DNA of 64,000 bases from positions 97,030,001-97,094,000 of the forward strand of contig NC_043004.1 of NCBI RefSeq assembly GCF_006345805.1. Direction: 5' to 3'. The first letter of the stretch is position 1; every line of letters begins with the position of its first letter. Shown here piece by piece: positions 38,701-52,271 of this stretch. A model generated the notes under the pieces. It ran no database searches, had not been told where the DNA came from, and saw only the letters and a list, made by a program, of their open reading frames with translations. This stretch comes from Octopus sinensis. Its lineage: Eukaryota. A program made the position numbers and the translations under genes.

Positions 38701-39632
38701 GTTTCTTATACTGCTTTCATTCTACTCAAAATCTTGCCATATATGTTTAATTGAAAATGATATAGTATAATACAAACCAATAACGAACAGAAACAGGAAA
38801 ATGGAATTAATCTTGACTTTTTGTTATCAATTTTCAAGACAATAGGCAAAAAACAAAACAAAAAAGTCACCTGACTTAACATATGACAAACTGTTGCCAT
38901 TTGCTTCAACAAATAAGATGAATATCTCCTGAAGATCACCGTATCCAAATTCCTGGATTCTTGACTGAAATAATGATACAGATGTACTATATACACATTT
39001 ATGTACACATATGTACATACATACATACATACATACATACATACATACATACATACATACATACATACATACACATGCACATCCACATACGAGTCAACTA
39101 TGAATTCAATCTTCATCTACCGAAGCTTACTCAAACACAGATCAAAACAGAGTTTGTAGACATTTATACAGAAACATTTCAATAATGGTATGAAGTTGAG
39201 GAGATTTACTTACGTAAGATATGTTTAGTAAATTTGGCTTGCTGTCAGATAGTGATAGTAAATTAAATTTTAATCTATAGATTTGAAATGGCCTTTAAAT
39301 AGACTTTATAGATGCGCGCGTGTGCGTCTTAAATACATTACCGTATAGCTATTATAGCGTACAATACAATCGCATATAGTTAAATCTGGTTATAAGATTA
39401 TAAGGTTAAAACTTTTATACATGATTTCATTACCTCATCTCTTCATATACTTCTTGATTTTATATGCATGCGATATAGAATGTAACAAGTAGGCAGAGTT
39501 GTTAGAGCCTTGAAAGCAATATTTCGCGATATTTGTTTCAATTCTCTGTGTTTTGAGTTCAAATGCTGGTTAAGTCAATATTATCTTTCATCTTTTCGTA
39601 GTGAGTAGATTAGCGGAATTGTTAGGCGTAAA

Positions 39633-39853
39633 GGAGTGTGGTTAAATGGTTAAGGCTTTCGGCTCACAATCGTAAGGTCTCGAGTTCAATTCCCTGCGAC
39701 GCATTGTGTCCTTGGGCAAGACGCTTTATTTGATGCAGTTCACTCAGCTGGCAAAAATGAGTAGTACCTGTATTTCAAATGGCCAACCTTGTCATGTGTC
39801 ACGTTGAATCACCCTGAGAACTTCGTTAAGGGTACACGTGTCTGTGGAGTGTC
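39633..39853 (+). mobile_element. SINE with CORE-type head H2 and family A tail (H2+T1)
   Basis: GTGTCCTTGGGCAAGAC...CTCAGCTGGCAAAAATGAGTA joined to GTACCTGTATTTCAAA...GTTAAGGGTACACGTGTCTGTGGAGTG. Confidence 0.75.
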
Positions 39854-42800
39854 AGTAAATGTTGCTCGCGCTTGCACATACACGTGTCAACCTAGACCGA
39901 TAGAGGTGAGGTCACATAAGATGTGACTGTCTGCCTACTATATATATATATATGTGTGTGTATGTGTGTGTGTATATATATATATATGTGTGTGTGTGTG
40001 TATATATATATACATGTGTGTGTGTCTGTATATATATATGTATATACATATATATATGTATATATATACACATATATATATGTATATATATATACATATA
40101 TAAACATATATATATATGTGTATATATATACATATATATATATGCATATACATACACGCCAATAGCAAACGATGAGAGTGAGTGCTGAATACCGCATTGG
40201 TGGATAAATATTCTTTATTTGTAGCTACTAATGGTTTCCTGCGTAGACGTCTTCACAATTATACAAGTCTTCCACCAGGGAAGTATTTGTACTCGTCTCC
40301 ATTTTTGACGGAAATGCACACAGACACACAGACGCGGAAACACACACACATACACACACAAGTATATATATGCATGTGTGTATATATATGTGTGTGCGTA
40401 TTTTACATAATTCATATATGTATGAGTGTGCCCGTGTTTACTTGAAGGAAAATCGATAAAAGTATGTTTGAACCTAAGAGAATGCCCTATCCTTGCATAT
40501 ACGTTTACTGTGGCAAGTTAGACATCTTAATACCACTGCTATTTCTGGCTGAGTTACAATGTAAGTGAAGTCCTACCTACTACATTTTTAAAATAGCACA
40601 TGTGATTCCTTTGCAAGCTAGCAGCTCAATCATGAGTCAAAATTTCTGATGAAAATAAATATACCGAAATATTTTGATGATTTAAACGTACGTATCATTT
40701 TGTTTAATCTTATTCAATGAAATCATTTGAAGTGTTACTGAATAATTATAATCCCAAATAATACTATTATGTGTTGCCCCAATTGCCTATGTGCGTATAT
40801 GTATATACGGGGTTAAATAATTAGGACATAAAACTAAGACGTATATGAAGACACGAGATTATGTTGGCATATAGGCGTTTGCACAATTAGTTTATATGTG
40901 TATCGATATACGGTCGTTACTTCGTAAACATACACGCACATACTAACACGCATATTCTCATACGTATGTGTATGCATGTGTATATGCGTGTATGTATATG
41001 TGCATGTGAGTGAAAAAAACAAACGAAAGAATGTATGAAAGTAACTCTCAATATGTTTACTTGGAATTATATGTATTTAATGACAGTTTGACTCAACTCC
41101 ACTATCGGCAAGACAGGAAAACCTCATAAGACAGCAGCATCCAGAAATTTAAACGATATAAAATGAATGAACAAACGACACCAGAGTGGTCGTACAGAAA
41201 TGATCGACGAAGACAGAGGTTTAGGGCCGTTAGGCCAAGACGAATTGTAATGGGTAATGCCTGGGAGAAAGTTTGAATGAAAGGATATAGAATAAATAGA
41301 AGAGAAAACATAGAAAAGAGAAAAGATAAGATATCGAGAGGCGAGGGAAATGACGTCCGGCTTGCTGGACGTTCCATCTAGAAAAGACAGAGATGAGAAA
41401 AATGGCCTGTAGTGATGTATGAGCAACAAGCAAAGGGGAAGGGGAGAAGAAAGAAGATGAGGGAAATAAATAAAGGGAAGGAGGAGAAGGGAGAAGGAAA
41501 GAAAGTTAGAGAATGAAAAAAGACAGACGAGTAACAGCAAAGGAGGGGAGAAAAAGAAATATAGAGGATTATGAGGGAGAGAAAGAGAGAGATAGAGAGA
41601 GAGAGAAAAAAAGTAGGTAGAGAACAAAATCACAGAAATTATATATAAATGTAAAAACTTATTGCTGACAAAGGCTGCGTGGCATTCAACTATTAAATAA
41701 AAATGAAATGATACATATTAAGTACAGTACATCACCAACGAACGAAAAATACATAAACAGACAACGAGAGACAAGTACGGGGCGGGAAAAACTACCAAAA
41801 GAAGTCTAACTCTTCCTTAGTTGTCGACTGTTTATGACTACCTATTTTGTGACAAGACAGGAAAACGTCATAAGACAGCAGCATCCAGAAATTTAAAAAA
41901 ATATAAAATTTGTGGAGAGTTAGGGCTTTGAACGAACAAACGGCACCAGAGTGGACATACGGAAACGATCGACCTCGTTGTGTGTTTACGTATTTTTCAC
42001 TCGTTAGTGATGTCCTGGAATTTGGGGAATATTCAGTCACTATTTTTAGAAATTAAAATAGAGACATAAAAACTCAACGTTTTGCCTAACATAGTTTTGG
42101 ATAACAAAAGTATGTTGATGTTTTGTAAACTAAAGTCGCAACCAACAATTTTTGGTAAAGTTCATCACCATCAGAAAATGGAACCTCTTCATAATGCTTC
42201 ACAAAGCTTGCACCAATTTATTTCAATTCTACCTCATCTTTTGGTACAACAGCATACACTTCTTTCATTTCTATAGCCAATATATTTCAAGCTGATAAAG
42301 ACCAACACATTTTGCCAATTCTAGCGACTATCCTTATTTAGCAGTTGGTGCGTAGTTACTGGCAGTGGTTTCATAAAGTGGCATAAAGGTTAAGAAAGGG
42401 CACCTAGAATCGGTTGCTGTTATTGTTGGAACAGACAAAGAGGCGGCTAAAAAATCATAAGAAGAATGTATAGAAGACTTCATATTTCTTTTTTGAAAAG
42501 CCTCTGTTATAAAATCCTGGTGGTATAATTTATTTCATCTTGTCATAATATCGTCAGATGAAGAAAATATTCTGGGAATAGATGTTTTAGATTAAAAGAT
42601 ATTAATCAATTGGATTTCTTTAATATAACTGTCTGTTTTTGGCTTTTGAGTGTTTGTGTTTTTTGTTTTGGCTTTTGTGTTTTTTTTTTGTTTTAGTATT
42701 TAACTGTTTGTCTTATGAAGAATGGCGCTAGTTACATACCAATGGAGGGAAACCAAGCGTTATATGAGAAACTTCACCCAGTTGTAACGGAAAAGAGAGA

Positions 42801-42992
42801 AAACTGAGTAAAAGAAAAGGAAAAGGTAACTGAATGACTGAGAGAAAAGAGGGAGAGTAAGAGAATAAATGTGAGAGAGGGAATAAATATCTCTGAAAAA
42901 CAGAGCCAATAGTAGGCAGTATATTAAAGAGAGAATGATTGAGAGAGTGTGAGGTAGAGGGAGAGTGAGAGAGTGAGTGAGAGAGAGAGAGA

Positions 42993-43036
<44 letters not shown>

Positions 43037-43476
43037 CTAAGCAGAGCAGAAGGGAAAAAGTGTATGAGTAAAAGAAGGCAGAAAAAGATGAAGAAAAAAA
43101 GGAAGATGAAGTGGTAATGATAGGAGAGAGATGCGGATGAAGTAAGATTAGCTTTAATATGAATCATCTGACACAGAATTAGTATGGCATTTATTTACAT
43201 AGAATTAGTAAGGCATCAATAAAATTTGTAATTGACTCATCAAAAGGATTTGTCCGTAAGATGAAGTTGTATAAGACAAACATATTAAACCCAGTACATT
43301 ACAGATGATAATTTACCCTCAGAGAATGCAAGTTGAAGCTGATCCCAAAGAAACCATAAATCTGAAAGACATTTCTTTATAAACATAACTCCCTTTTTAT
43401 ATATATGTATGTATGCACGTTTGTATATATGTATGTATATATGTATGTGAATGTATCTTTGTGTGTGTGTGTGTGC

Positions 43477-43516
<40 letters not shown>

Positions 43517-43937
43517 TGAAAATGCCATTGAAGTAATGCTATAGATAAGGACAGTCATCAGAATCGATAGGATAGAGATGATCTACCCTTCATATAAACC
43601 ATTGATCATTTTGTCTTCTCATGGTTGATCAACATAAAACCTAACATTATATAAAGCTTAAAGTTTGTGAACAGAACCTAAGTGATAGCATGGCAGTAAA
43701 AATAATTATAATATGGAATCGTGTTCTTTACTTTCAGAAATAAAATCCCACTGAAGTCAGACTTGTCCTTTTATATAAAGGTTAGCTAAAAATATTTACA
43801 AGATGTTTCATATCTGTACTACACTCTGTAAGCAGCCAACTTCCCATTGTTTGGCATGTTTTGAATCTGTTGTCATCAGAGTATATATCAAACTATTATT
43901 TTTGTTGTATGGTATATTAAAAATAATAAATGCACAC

Positions 43938-44171
43938 TTTTAAAGCCTAGCCAGGCTCATGAGGCCCGGTTTCTATGGTGTATATGTTCCCCAGCTGGAT
44001 GGGACGCCAGTCCATCGTAGCGTTACTCATTTTTGCCAGCTGAGTGGACTGGAACAATGTGAAATAAAGTGTTTTGCTCAAGAACACAACGCGTTGCCCA
44101 ATCCTGGAATTGAAACCACAATCTTACGACCATGGTGCTGACACCCCAACCACTAAGCCACGTGCCTCCAC
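43938..44171 (-). mobile_element. SINE with CORE-type head H2 and V-domain-like tail (H2+T3)
   Basis: Minus strand: tRNA head, GTGTTCTTGAGCAAAACAC, GCTGGCAAAAATGAGTAACGCTACGATGGACTGGCGTCCCATCCAGCTG. Confidence 0.85.
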
Positions 44172-44732
44172 TGCATGTTATATTACACAAACAATAACTC
44201 ATACATGCATACAGACACTTACATGCAAGCATGCATACATACATACATACATGTGTATGTGCACACACACTGCCCCTTGCACATGCACACAAACAAACAA
44301 AAAGAACACAGCTCAGAACAAAAATTTTAGGAAAGATAAATAAGTAAATGAGTGGAAACTTTACCAGTGAGTGTGTTAAATAATAAAGCACTAAAAGAGA
44401 ATGACTCTCCCCAGACAAAAAACAATACCAACATTGTTTAATCTCAGAAGTGCTGTATTTATAAAACCTATAAACACAGTTAAAGCTGGTTGTTGATATT
44501 TCTTTTCTCAAAAACAACTGTTGTTCACCTATGTATTTCTACCCAAAATATATTTCACCACATTAACCCTTTAGTATTTGAACCAAACATATCTGGCTTA
44601 AATATTCTACCAGTTTTGCATTGAAATCAGCGAGATCTCATCTCCCACACCTACCACACAATGTCATTCTAAAAATATACTACTATACCACCAAAATCTT
44701 GAAGCTACAAAATAATGCCTCATCATCATATT

Positions 44733-44920
44733 CATCATCATCGTTTAACATCCACCTTCCATGTAGGCATGGGTGGGATGATTTGACAAGAGCCAGCCAG
44801 GGAGAAGCCTGCACCAGACTACTCTGACTGTTTGGGTAGGATTTTTACAGCTGGTTGCCCTTCCTAGTAGTAACTACTCAGAAGAGTTGACTTAGTGTCT
44901 TTTACATGGCACAAGCATGA
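44733..44920 (-). mobile_element. RTE-type 3' tail fragment
   Basis: Ends in ...GGATGTTAAACGATGATGATG, like the tails near 53300 and 59980. Confidence 0.65.
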
Positions 44921-44959
44921 GTAATTCAAAACAATGCAAATAAATAAGCTTCTGTACTT

Positions 44960-45415
44960 ATACTCTGCCATGAATGTCCTTTCTCTTGTTCCTTTTGTGT
45001 TGATCTATGCCAAGAGTTCTTAGGCTTACCTTTTTTTTCTATATCCATCTGGATTCCCCTGTAAAGCAGTTTTTGCTACATTTGGTGTGTCTTTTCTAAT
45101 TGTGCTACCAATCTACTTCCACTTTTTCTTAAATATTTGCTTCCTAATCGAAACTTGATTTGTTCTTTGCCATAGCTCCACATTGCTTATGTGTCGGGGC
45201 CATCTAATTTTAAGTATACTACGCAAGCATCTGTTGATGAATGATTGTATTTGCTTATTTGACTTAACTGTTGTTCGCCATGTCTCAGCTCCATACAATA
45301 AAACTGCTTTTACGTTAGTATTAAAAATTCGTATTTTGTTCTTTATTTCATCTTCATGTATTTGTTTAAGCAGGTTAGTCCATCTAAACTCAGTTAGCAG
45401 GGTTTCGCCATGCAC
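44960..45415 (-). mobile_element. RTE-clade LINE ORF C-terminal fragment
   Basis: KIRIFNTNVKAVLLYGAETW...FINRCLRSILKIRWP...ISNVELWQRT, continuing into G..KKGKPKNSW. Confidence 0.88.
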
Positions 45416-45758
45416 TCAGACTACTTATTCAGAAATTCTTCACTTAATCACATTATGTTGTTGCTTTTACTGTTGAATACATATATGATATATCTGCACC
45501 ACTCTCTTTATTGTTCAGCAGATGTTGTCTAAGTTATACAATGTAGCACTCAAAGGTCATCTGAATTGTCCTTATGCTTCTACCTTCTAATAATGTGGAA
45601 GCTACCATTATTTATTAATATCATTCTAGTATGTCTCATTGCCAGTCTGTCTGTCTGTCTGTATGCATATATGTATGGATGCATCTGTCTGTGTATGTTT
45701 ACATATGTGTTTATGTATGCACACATGTGTATGTGTGTACATACATACAGACATAATA

Positions 45759-45801
<43 letters not shown>

Positions 45802-46918
45802 CACTCTCACCAAGCACAAGTACATACATCCATGAATGACAATGTGTATTTCAATTTAATAACACTATTTATGTGCATATGGATAAAATCTTACACAGAT
45901 ATATACACAGGCACATTTATGTATAAGAATTCACATATGCATACATAGGTTTTCAGACTTTCTTCTTAACTATCACAATATAGACTTGCATTTAATAACA
46001 ACATACATGTACATACACATGTAATCGAATGCTCACATACATTTGCATATACATACACAGGCACAATGTGTATTACTAAAATCAGACACATATGCTCACA
46101 CCAAATTGCATAGTCTCAACCAAAATATGGCAATTTACACACCTGTGTAATTAATAACTAAATAAGTATTGGACATGATGATTCAGTTTCTGATTTTATG
46201 TTTAGATTTTAAATTGTTCCTGAATTGGTGGCAATAATTATATGATATCATGTTGTTGATGACAGCTTTGAACAGAAGAAAGTTCTTGATAAATAGTGAG
46301 GTGAACAAGATTAGCAAGATGGTTCTTTAATTGATTCTTGTCTTAAAGAAATGTGATTGATGAGAATTTTTCACCCACAGTCGTTTGGAATCAGTCAGAT
46401 TACATGTAATTCTTGATGAACAGTAAGAATGAAATTTTCAGTTATTGAGTAACTTAGAATAACTTAATGATTAAACTTTATAAATGGAAAAATTAAGTTC
46501 TGCAATTTTAGTGAAGTTTGGGGTAAAAATCTCAACTTGATTAATTATGAATTAGGATATTGTCCTAGTCTCACAATAAAATTATTTGGAGTTATAACCA
46601 CATGACCAATCATTAAAATCTGACTGAAGACTAAAGGATAGCAATTTTAATTTAATTAAGCATCATATAGAATTGTTATAATCAGAAACACATATTTATT
46701 TCAGTCCTGTTGTTTGCATATTTACTTTTATCACTGGTGTGGACTTCAAAATCAGTGTATGAGAAAATTAGGATCATAAAATAGAAGAGAGGTTTTAAAC
46801 CTGGGAGGTAGTAACTGGGAATGTTGTGAGATAACAAAAGGGCAGCAAGGGTTTTAGAGAGTGGGGGTCATGATTTTCTTTAGAAATAAAACATTTAAAC
46901 CAAGAGCAATATTTTCCT

Positions 46919-47316
46919 TTTACTCTTACTCTTTTACTTGTTTCAGTCATTTGACTGTGGCCATGCTGGAGCACCGCCTTTAATCGAGCAACTCGACCCT
47001 GGGACTTATTCTTTAGTAAGCCCAGTACTTATTCTATCAGTCTCTTTTGCCGAACCACTAAGTGGCGGGCACATAAACACACCAGCATCAGTTGTCAAGC
47101 AACGCTAGGGGGACAAACACAGACACACAAACACGCATATATATATATACACATATATGACAGGCTTCTTTCAGTTTCTGTCTACCAAATCCACTCACAA
47201 GGCATTGGTTGGCCCAAGGCTATAGTAGAAGACACATGCCCAAGGTGCCACACAGTGGGACTGAACCCAGAACCATGTGGTTAGTAAACAAGCTACTTAC
47301 CACACAGCCACTCCTG
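46919..47316 (-). mobile_element. SINE family B
   Basis: Full-length reverse complement. Confidence 0.92.
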
Positions 47317-48180
47317 TGTAAGCACATTTACAAGAAAATCTGCATTGGTGTTAGAGTACAAGTATGGCATTATGTTTTAAGGGAGTAAAAATATAACTGA
47401 TGAAGCACAAATGGTTCAATATAATTTCATTTTATAATTACTTGCGTTTAGTAATTTCCATAAAAATTTAGAGAGATTGAGGTTTTATTCAGAAATGAAA
47501 TATGTAAACCAGGTACAATAATTATATTTAAAAAATAATTTTTGTTGGGATTAGAATATGAATAGGATACTGTGTTATTAGTGGGTAGAAATATCACCAA
47601 TGATGCATCAAGATCCAATGTAATTCCATGTATATACTTGTCCTTCTTTTGTAATATCCATAAAAATTTGACACAGGGAGCATTAATCCATGAAACTATA
47701 TAAAACGAAGCCAATGGTGGATGGATAGTAACAGAAAATTTAGATAATAACCCACTGTGCAAAATTAGGTTCTCTTTGATTAAAATAATCTTTATCCTTA
47801 CAATATATGCGTCGGGGAATTTGCACAAAATCATTTTGTGAAAGGGATGCAGAAGGATGAGAACTGTAGCGATAAAGCATATGAAAATTAATTCTGTATT
47901 AAAATATATTTCTAGCCTTGCTATAACTAATTTTTCAAAAAAAATACATTCCTAGCCTTTCCCTGTCTCAATTAATTTAGTAATTATAGCACCAAGAGAG
48001 AATGCTCAGTTTTAATGGCTGAAGAACCTTGATTCAACTAGTTGGTTATCATTCAATATTGGTGAAGTTAGATGTATTCATGTTGTCTCTCTTTCCATGG
48101 TTATAGCTTCATACTTATTTTAGGACAAAAATATTCTCTAACATGCTCACTTTGTATATAGAAATGTATATAGAAATAAA

Positions 48181-48320
48181 TATCCTTGTTTGTTTCTGTG
48201 TTCCTTTCTGTGGAAGAGTGTAGGCTCGAAACGTTAAAGACTTTTTTTACTTCCTGAACATTAAACTAATACATCTGTTTGTTGTCTACACCACCTGTCT
48301 TTGCCTTTCATTTTTACCCA
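48181..48320 (+). repeat. Hammerhead-like repeat, copy e (motif 48204-48239)
   Basis: CTTT-CTGTGGA-A-GAGT-GTAG-GCTC-GAAA-CG-T-T-AAAG. Confidence 0.8.
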
Positions 48321-48399
48321 TATATATATATGACCACATACAGACATACACACATTCACACACACATTCACATTCAGATGTTGAGCCAATACTTGACTT

Positions 48400-49078
48400 T
48401 TTCCTCAGTTAGACTTAGGGTCGGCCAGAGTTTTGTGTTGGTTCAGTGCCTGCATGGATTGGATACTTGGCTGAATGGTGGCTCAATTGAGCTGTGAAAC
48501 TAGGATTGCAGACCTAGATTTTGCTGATGACTATTATTCTCGCTGAGTCTCTGGATGCCTTAAGAAATGTCCTTCTTTCACTGAGTGAGAAAGCAGTACC
48601 ATTTGTCCCTAGAGTGCCCTGGGTCAAGAAAATGATATAGTCTTTCGTTGGCTTCTTTCTTGGAGGATTCCACCTCATTTGTCTCTGTTGCAGGAAAGAA
48701 TAATGAAGGTGTGGACTGTTTCACTTAACTTGGCATTGATATTCATAGAGGTATTAAAAAGAATTGGATGAGCTGTGCAGTAGTGGAGACTTTGGACAAA
48801 GGTGTTTGGTACTGCCAATATCTGTGCAGGAGGTAAAGGTTTGGATCTTTAGGTCTTTAGGGCTCCCTGTCTTGCTCTATACTTGTTAAGATTTGCACAC
48901 TGTCTGGGACCCTTAGGCGCTACCTGAACTCCCTTGGAATCAAGAGGTTTTGTAGAATTTTGGGTTGCCATTGTTTAGATTTTGTATCCCACCAATGATT
49001 CTACCAAGAAATTGGGATGCATCTTGTTACTGGTATGATTAAGGAGCCCCAGCTCAGACTGTTTGACTATGTTGCTTG
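48400..49078 (+). mobile_element. Degenerate RTE-like LINE RT fragment
   Basis: IADLDFADD motif at ~48500-48530; downstream PVLLY-like and RRILG-like remnants with many stops. Confidence 0.65.
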
Positions 49079-49985
49079 ATTTTCCTTTAGGGGTTAATAA
49101 AATAAGAACCAGCTGGGTACTGGAGTTGATGTAATCAACTTTACCCTCACCTTGAAATTGCTGGCTTTGTGCAAAAATTTGAAACCAATATTTATTAGCT
49201 TTCTTCCTTCTGTTTCTGAGTTCTGTCCTGTCAAATTCAAATGAGTGTCACACTAACCTATTAACAACGAAATAAAAGATTGTAAATCTGTGGGTCATTC
49301 AAATCACTTTAGCCTTAAAATTTAAGCAAACAGATGTAGGAAAGAAATAAAATAAAAAAACTCAATCAGCTGTCAGATAACTGAATAAAGAAGAGGTAAG
49401 AATTGCTAAATCTTGCTTGATATCAACAGTTGCAATATAAAAATAGGTTTCACACGCTTTTAAAGATCTTAGTTAATACCTAATGTTATTGATGTTATTG
49501 GGTTCAAAAGATGCCTAAAAATGTCTCTAATCAGCTCAACTTGGCTATAAAATGGCAATAAATATCTGGCCTAATATTCCTCCTTTAGATGTGAAAACAT
49601 CTATAAAGAACTGTAATATGATTATTTCCTTCAAGATATAAAAGCTGCAGAAATATTTTTGCTTCATTCTGAACATCACAGAGTTGAAAAACACTTAAAA
49701 CAGAACTCCTTATCTAATTACGAATATTGGGCTGCAGAAGACCAGAAGCACATTCATCTGATTAGCGTTGCATGGTTATATTAAATGTTCTTTAACACAC
49801 TTTCTGATTAGCAAGACTTGTTTTCAAAAACCCTAAAAGCATCTTCATTGCTTGTGAATGAGTTTTCGTAATTGCATGCATGCTAAAGACAGGAATAATT
49901 TCTTGAGGATAATTGAAAAAAACCTTGACAAACAAAAAGGTACCACCATTTATTGATGGTTTTGTCACTCAAGAAAATGAGTAAT

Positions 49986-50080
<95 letters not shown>

Positions 50081-50092
50081 ATGTATATATAT

Positions 50093-50272
50093 AGGGAGAG
50101 TTTACGAAAAAAACAAAAGACGAAGACAGGTGGTGTACAAAACAAACAGATATATTAGTATAACGCACAGGAATTGAAAAAGTGTTTTACGTTTCGAGCC
50201 TACGCTCTTCTACAGAAAGGGACACAGAAAAAAGAAGGAGAGAAAAAAAAGTGTGTAGTGGCTAACGATCTA
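50093..50272 (-). repeat. Hammerhead-like repeat, copy f (motif 50184-50219)
   Basis: CTTT-CTGTAGA-A-GAGC-GTAG-GCTC-GAAA-CG-T-A-AAAC. Confidence 0.85.
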
Positions 50273-50819
50273 TTCATATACTTATGCACATAAATATGCA
50301 TGTGTAACACACACATGTGCCTTACACATGGCAAATATAGTTTATTTCTATTTGTCCAGCCTACACAACTGTAAAATGGGGGGAACAGGCTACATAAATC
50401 CTGCAATGGATATAGCACAGAAAAAACAATGTTGGAGCCAAAAATATTATAGAGATAATCCTTTGCAATGAATGTCAAACAAACAAATATTATTCACCAT
50501 ATATTTCGTGGTAGGATTCAACCTAAGTACTTCATTGATAATGTATTCACTCAGCTGTGGATGAATAAATGTCAGATTTGACCTTAGGAGAATTTGAACT
50601 AATCACAACAGCTGTTAGTGTTGACCTTTCTCATAGCTAAAGCCTGTATCTTCCAATATTATTTTTTTTACATCTATGTAGATAGGACAAGTAAGAATAA
50701 ACTATATTTGCCGTGTATATGACACAGCATTACTGATTGGTTAGAAATATCAACCTTTGTCTTTGTAACTCTCAGTGAGATCATCTCTAGATCTCTACTT
50801 TGATTCCGTAAATTGTTAT

Positions 50820-51062
50820 TTATTTCTACTATTTCTTTACTACCTACAAGGAGCTAAACATAGAGAGGACAATCAAAGACAGACAAACGGATTAAGTCGA
50901 TTATATCGACCCCAGTGCGTAACTAGTACTTAATTTATCCGCCCCGAAGGGATGAAAGGCAAAGTTGACCTTGGCGGAATTTGAACTCAGAACGTAGCAG
51001 CAGACGAGATACTGTTAGGCATTTTACCCGGCGTGCTAACGATTCTGCCAGCTCGCCACCTT
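50820..51062 (-). mobile_element. SINE family C (long-tail form)
   Basis: Full-length match to the 19356-19588 type. Confidence 0.9.
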
Positions 51063-52084
51063 TCTACTATTGTTGAAGTATTTCATCTTGTGAGTGAATT
51101 GTATCATTGACAAGACACTAATAGTTATTGTAGAATTTAGCCTTACGTTATTTGCCTTATGCTGACAAGTTCTGGTCTGCAAACTGTAGGAAAACAATTG
51201 TAAAATCAAGAACTGGATCAAACATTTGTTGACCAATTCCACATAATGACCATCAACACAAGAAATATCATCCAAGAGTGCATCTTGGAATTATTATATT
51301 CTGAATAATTTAACAGAGGATTACTCACATTAAATTATGAAATATCAAAGGAAAATTATTTGCACAAATAAAATAGCTAAAAGCTAATAACTTAGAAAAT
51401 ATGAATTTTTGTAGAGCTGCACTTCAGGTTCCGTTTTCATAGTATTAAGTAAATGAGAAATATGTATCCCATCTTATAGTTGTGTTACTGGTGTGTGTAG
51501 TAGTCCTGGCAACTTTGCTTAGCAATCCTGAATCTCAGTCACCTGTGCTACTCATATTATGCAAATTAAATGAGTTTTAAATAAACAGTAAATACATGCA
51601 TTATGCTTACATGACAGAAAACAAGAAGCTGGTGTGTGTTTGCTATATAATACTTAGTTTGGTGTCTATGTGTATAAATCACTATATTATGAATACTCTT
51701 ATTATTCTATCAATTTCTGTTGAGTGCAGAGGCAGATGTGCAACGTATCTAATTGATTATAAAATTTATAGCAGAATTTAGAACATTGGGGAAAAACTTG
51801 ACCTGTAGTATTTTCTCAGGCTCTTTTTATTCTGGGTTCGAATCCTGCTGAGGTCAGCCTTGCTTTTCAGTCCTTCGGGGTTGATAAAATATTAGTACCA
51901 GCCAAGTACTTGGATCAACAGAATCAACTAACTACAAGGCGGCGAGCTGGCCGAAACGTTGGCTGCCAATTCTGTACAAGACATTGTAGATCTTTAGCTG
52001 GGCTAAAAAGATACATTCGATCACAGCACCAATAACAGTTAAGCTTCGTGCAAGGGCCATACTCGATAATAGGGGGCAGCCATC

Positions 52085-52117
<33 letters not shown>

Positions 52118-52191
52118 TGTATGTATGTATGTATGTATGTATGTATGTTATTTATGTATCTCTCTCTATATATATATTTATATATATATAT

Positions 52192-52254
<63 letters not shown>

Positions 52255-52271
52255 GTGTGTGTGTGTGTGTA

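Noticed and set aside
41102-41633. Minus-strand ORFs after a strong acceptor-like TTTTCTAG|ATG
   Set aside because: The sequence is pyrimidine-biased and runs into a locally duplicated segment; no recognisable protein.
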